NCBI GenBank assembly: GCA_030704615.1
Contig: CM060734.1
Location: forward strand, 620,001 to 684,000
Direction: 5' to 3'
DNA from: Takakia lepidozioides
Taxonomy: Eukaryota; Plantae; Bryophyta
Length of the DNA: 64,000 nt
Position 1 is the first letter of the stretch, and every line of letters starts with the position of its first letter. Of this stretch, positions 60,418-64,000 are shown in pieces. The notes beneath the pieces were generated by a model. That model was not told where the DNA came from and searched no databases. It was given only the letters and a program-made list of their open reading frames with translations. The translations under genes and the position numbers were made by a program.

Positions 60418-62929
60418 AAAAGTCCCTACACACTCTCTCTCCCAGTCACAATTTTGCATGTGCAATAACAGACCCTGCATAGAAGTCTCCAAGCTTGTCT
60501 CACAATCCTCACATAGCTGCCCTCACCTAAACCATTTGTTGGGCAGGCTTACCAATCTTCCCGTTCTATAAAAGTAAAACTCAAAGCAACTCCAAAACAT
60601 AGCTTCTGACAAAACCGGAATAGTAAACCAGCTTTTGGACACCAACACATAACAAGATGTCAAATGTTCTGTGGTCACATGGACAATCATCTGTTTTATG
60701 AAAACAGTTAATTAGAAGAAGGTATCCCTGTTGAAGACACAGGCTCAATCAAGCTGTATAGGAGTGCCACACCTAGCATATCCCGCAGTCAAACAACAGA
60801 CAATGGTTCTCTTTCTGGTGGGTTCCAACCTTTACTGTAGTGGAGAATCAAGAGATGGAAGGGATGTCCACACATTTATTTGAGTTAAAAAAGGGGAGGA
60901 AGCCCTTTCAATGGGAAAGAAAAGATCTTAGTGCATGGAAGCGATCCGATGGTATTTTCGCAAACTCCAGGCGGTGTTAGGGCCCTGTCAAATCCTCCCC
61001 ACCTCAGACTCGCAATTTTTTTTCCGAAGTGCAGGAGGCTTGTATGCAGCTGAGCAGCGGTGAGTGGTGAGTAGCCTACTGTAATGATGGTGGTGATGGT
61101 GTCTATCAGGTGTGGGATTTGATTTGATGGTTTGGTGGGCAGTGGTGTCACCCCACCACCCCAGCTTGTGTGGTTTGTGTCATCTTGCCTTTGGTGTAAC
61201 TTCCCACTAGTAGATTTTATACTTCATCAAATTTGGACTTGGTCAAATTTCACTACACCAAGTGGGAGTTATGGTGAATGGAATGGAATAGAAGGTGTCA
61301 CTCCTGATCATGTTACCTCAATTTGTGTCACTCTTGAGAGGGGGTGGGGGAGATTTGACATGCTGAAAACCCCTGCATTAAGTTTTTGCATTATTCTTAT
61401 TTTTCTCCCCTTCTAATCACATTAATACATAGGAAAATACTCTTGATGCTGAGCGTATTGAAGGGTATCATACTCTGATGTCAAGGAATTTCCTAACATT
61501 TTTAGCAAGCCTAGAAACATTGAATGACAAACTAGGGGGAGACAAAAGTAGGTGAAAAGAGAGAACAATCTTGCTCTTGAGGTGCGGAAAAGCATGGCTA
61601 TGAGACAAACCTACTTGGGTGGCTGGGCCACCCATGAGTTAGGGGCAAGGCCCCGGCCGCACCTACCCGTTAGCTAGCAGGCCAGTAGAGGTGGTTATCG
61701 CGCCTGTTAGCTAGCAGGTCTGGCAAGAAACTATGCGGCGGCCGCACCTAGCTGCTAACAAACTGCCACGCGGCAGTTTGTTAGCAAGAGCGCAAAAAAA
61801 GGTATTTCGGGCTGCCCGCCCGTCGTCCCCGCGGCTATGGTGGACGGAGCCCGTGGGAGCTGCTTGCTTGACTTTGACTCCACGACTGCGAAACCTGCAG
61901 GGAAGAGGGAGCTCTGTTGCTTGGTGCCTGTAGAGTTCACAGAGATTTGAAGATACAAGAGCGTGCAGCAAAAGGCTTGGTTTCATATACTGGTGTGGGG
62001 AATCCATTACCAGCTTCTGTTTAGAATGCTGCAGGGGGTATGCTACATCAATGTTCTCAAGAAAAGGGGACGTTGGCGAATAGATAACCTAATAGTTTGC
62101 CATAGGAGTGTGCTTCTGATCTCTGAATCGCACTGCAATGGTGTCCACAGGTCCTTGAGGTTGAGCAGTTGTATTTCGGCCGATTGCTGAATACTTCTTT
62201 TGTTTTGTAAGTGCTTTGAGCTTCCAGTGAATGTCACAAGGTTCTTCTCCTTTCTTCTGTCTCATTTGGTTTTATATGTATCATTTGGCAATTTATTCTA
62301 CTGGCAAGTCTCTTCAGTCCGCCTCTTTCTATTGTGATGATCATAAAGTCGGCAACAGGAACCCTTCAGAAATTCCAGGCTGATTTTCACTTCCTTGGTG
62401 GGGCCAGGAAAATGCTTTAAGGTTATGTCATAGTCAAACAAAATCAAATTGATTGTATAGTACCTGAAAGAGGTAAATCCCTCAGGTTACATGAGAGGAA
62501 AACTTAAAACAAGCATAAGAAGAGATAAGCTCCAGTGTCCAGGTAGATTATGAAGAAACAGATAGCAAACGGAATCCTGGAAGGGATGAACATCCCTATC
62601 AAACCAGTCTTTGATATGATATCAATTCATTGGATGTCACAGAAGGGCAAGAGGAATCAAATCACCACCAGGTTATAACTTCTAGCAGAGCCAGTTTCAA
62701 TAGCAAGTATGAAGAGCAAACAACAATGCAGAGACACATGTAATGGCTGCAATTCAAACCGCAAGAATGGACTCCAATACCATTTGAAGAAATGGGGGAA
62801 TAGAGAGGGAGAGAGGTAGCACCTTAGATATCTCAACAACAAGGCTGTGATAAGAATTAGGGGATAGTTGATGCTGCCTGTAAATTCAAGTCATCCCCAT
62901 ATATGATGCTGCCTATTCAAATTCAAGTC

Positions 62930-63125
62930 ATCATGATATACACCCAACAAGTTGATAACTTCGCCCATGTGGTACAAATAGATAGGAAGTACAGAACCAT
63001 GAACAACTGCTGCCACACTCCCCACAGCCTCGAAAAAGGGGGTGGAAGCACCGGGTGGACCATCAAAAGGATCTGCACATGTGAAAAGCCTGACAAAAGG
63101 GACTGCTGGAGAGGGGGCTGATCCC
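62930..63125 (-). pseudogene. ABCB (MDR/P-glycoprotein) N-terminal fragment
   Basis: PAVPFVRLFTCADPFD...GSVAAVVHGSVLPIYLYHMGEVINLLG resembles the plant ABCB TM1 region, interrupted internally. Confidence 0.7.
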
Positions 63126-63319
63126 TCTCTTCTACCCTTTTGGTACTGTCTCTCAGAAGTCTTTAAGAGGTCAACAAGACACCTCAAAACTTTAGTGTTG
63201 CATTGGATCCCTTCAAAATCACCAGTTACGCTTGGTGTTTCATCAGTTACGCTTGAACTATAACCCAAGAGAAGAACAGCTGAAATAGGGGAAATGAAAT
63301 CTGCAGACAAGGCTAAGTT

Positions 63320-63545
63320 GAGTTCCAATCTAAATCACCAGACTGATGAAACCATACCCATCACAGAGCTCAGTCTGTGCAGATTTAGTGACAGTGAGGG
63401 TGTCATTGAGCAAGCCTCCCAGAAAACGCACAAGGCATGCACTTGTGTAAGTGCTGCATAGCCCGAGCAGTGCATTGAGCATCCAAATGCAAGCCATGGC
63501 TGCAACATCCACGATGAAAAATAGAGGTAAGGCCGACCATTGTTT
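63320..63545 (-). pseudogene. MFS (ZIF1-like) transporter fragment
   Basis: LNALLGLCSTYTSACLVRFLGGLLN..TVTKS..TELCD resembles the ZIF/ZIFL TM3-5 region. Confidence 0.6.
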
Positions 63546-64000
63546 ACTTGCCAGGGCTGGAGTTAGATTTAAGGTCTTTTTTAATGGGACTGTTCTAAGG
63601 CCCCGGCCTATGTACTAACAGTAACAGCACGTATCCAACAGGATTCATTAACATCAGTCATGAGTCAACTAGCATGATATATGACCAATCTGAAGCCAAG
63701 CATGCATGAACGAAGGATGAGGGAGAGACTTACACGACTTTGAGGCTAGAGATTGTTGTTAAGGCGCCTGTTGTAAGAAGCCACATTCCCAACCCAAGGT
63801 AAAAGTTATATGCATGCCCAGCATCATCTTACCAGGACTCCAGGCAGGGCAGGTTGTTGGAGCAAAGCTCCTATGCAGTCTGCTTAAAAGACCTAAAATA
63901 AAAAGAGAAGGAATAAACTTTACAGCATCCACGGAAAGATTAAAGAGCTTGTGGGACAAAATACAATAAAGAAGTGAGGCCCTCAACAAGCAGCCCAAAA

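Overview
Eukaryotic, intron-rich, TE-dense plant DNA. A non-seed land plant such as a moss is my inference from gene content and TE types. From left to right: a simple-repeat region; a complete Galadriel-like Ty3/gypsy chromovirus (2326-9353, CTTGC TSD) inserted in an L1-like LINE remnant; an intron-containing lycopene beta-cyclase pseudogene interrupted by a 1.2-kb non-autonomous copia/TRIM element; SINE, MITE and hairpin-repeat debris; a candidate ~14.6-kb TIR-bounded unit (24161-38811); a CACTA end; an intact 12-exon LAT/APC amino-acid transporter gene (48681-60417) with five copies of one LINE family in its introns; and chimeric MFS/ABCB gene fragments. The most interesting part is the 24-39 kb unit. 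It holds a ~10-exon gene for a ParB/Srx-like domain fused to a bacterial-type beta-class N4/N6 DNA-methyltransferase-like domain. One 3.3-kb intron of this gene is almost entirely an array of ~28 palindromic 36-bp hairpins at 116-bp period. A second palindrome array has 53/63-bp spacing (116-bp dimer), and there is a head-to-head pair of paralogous unknown genes. All gene models were read by eye; no searches were run.
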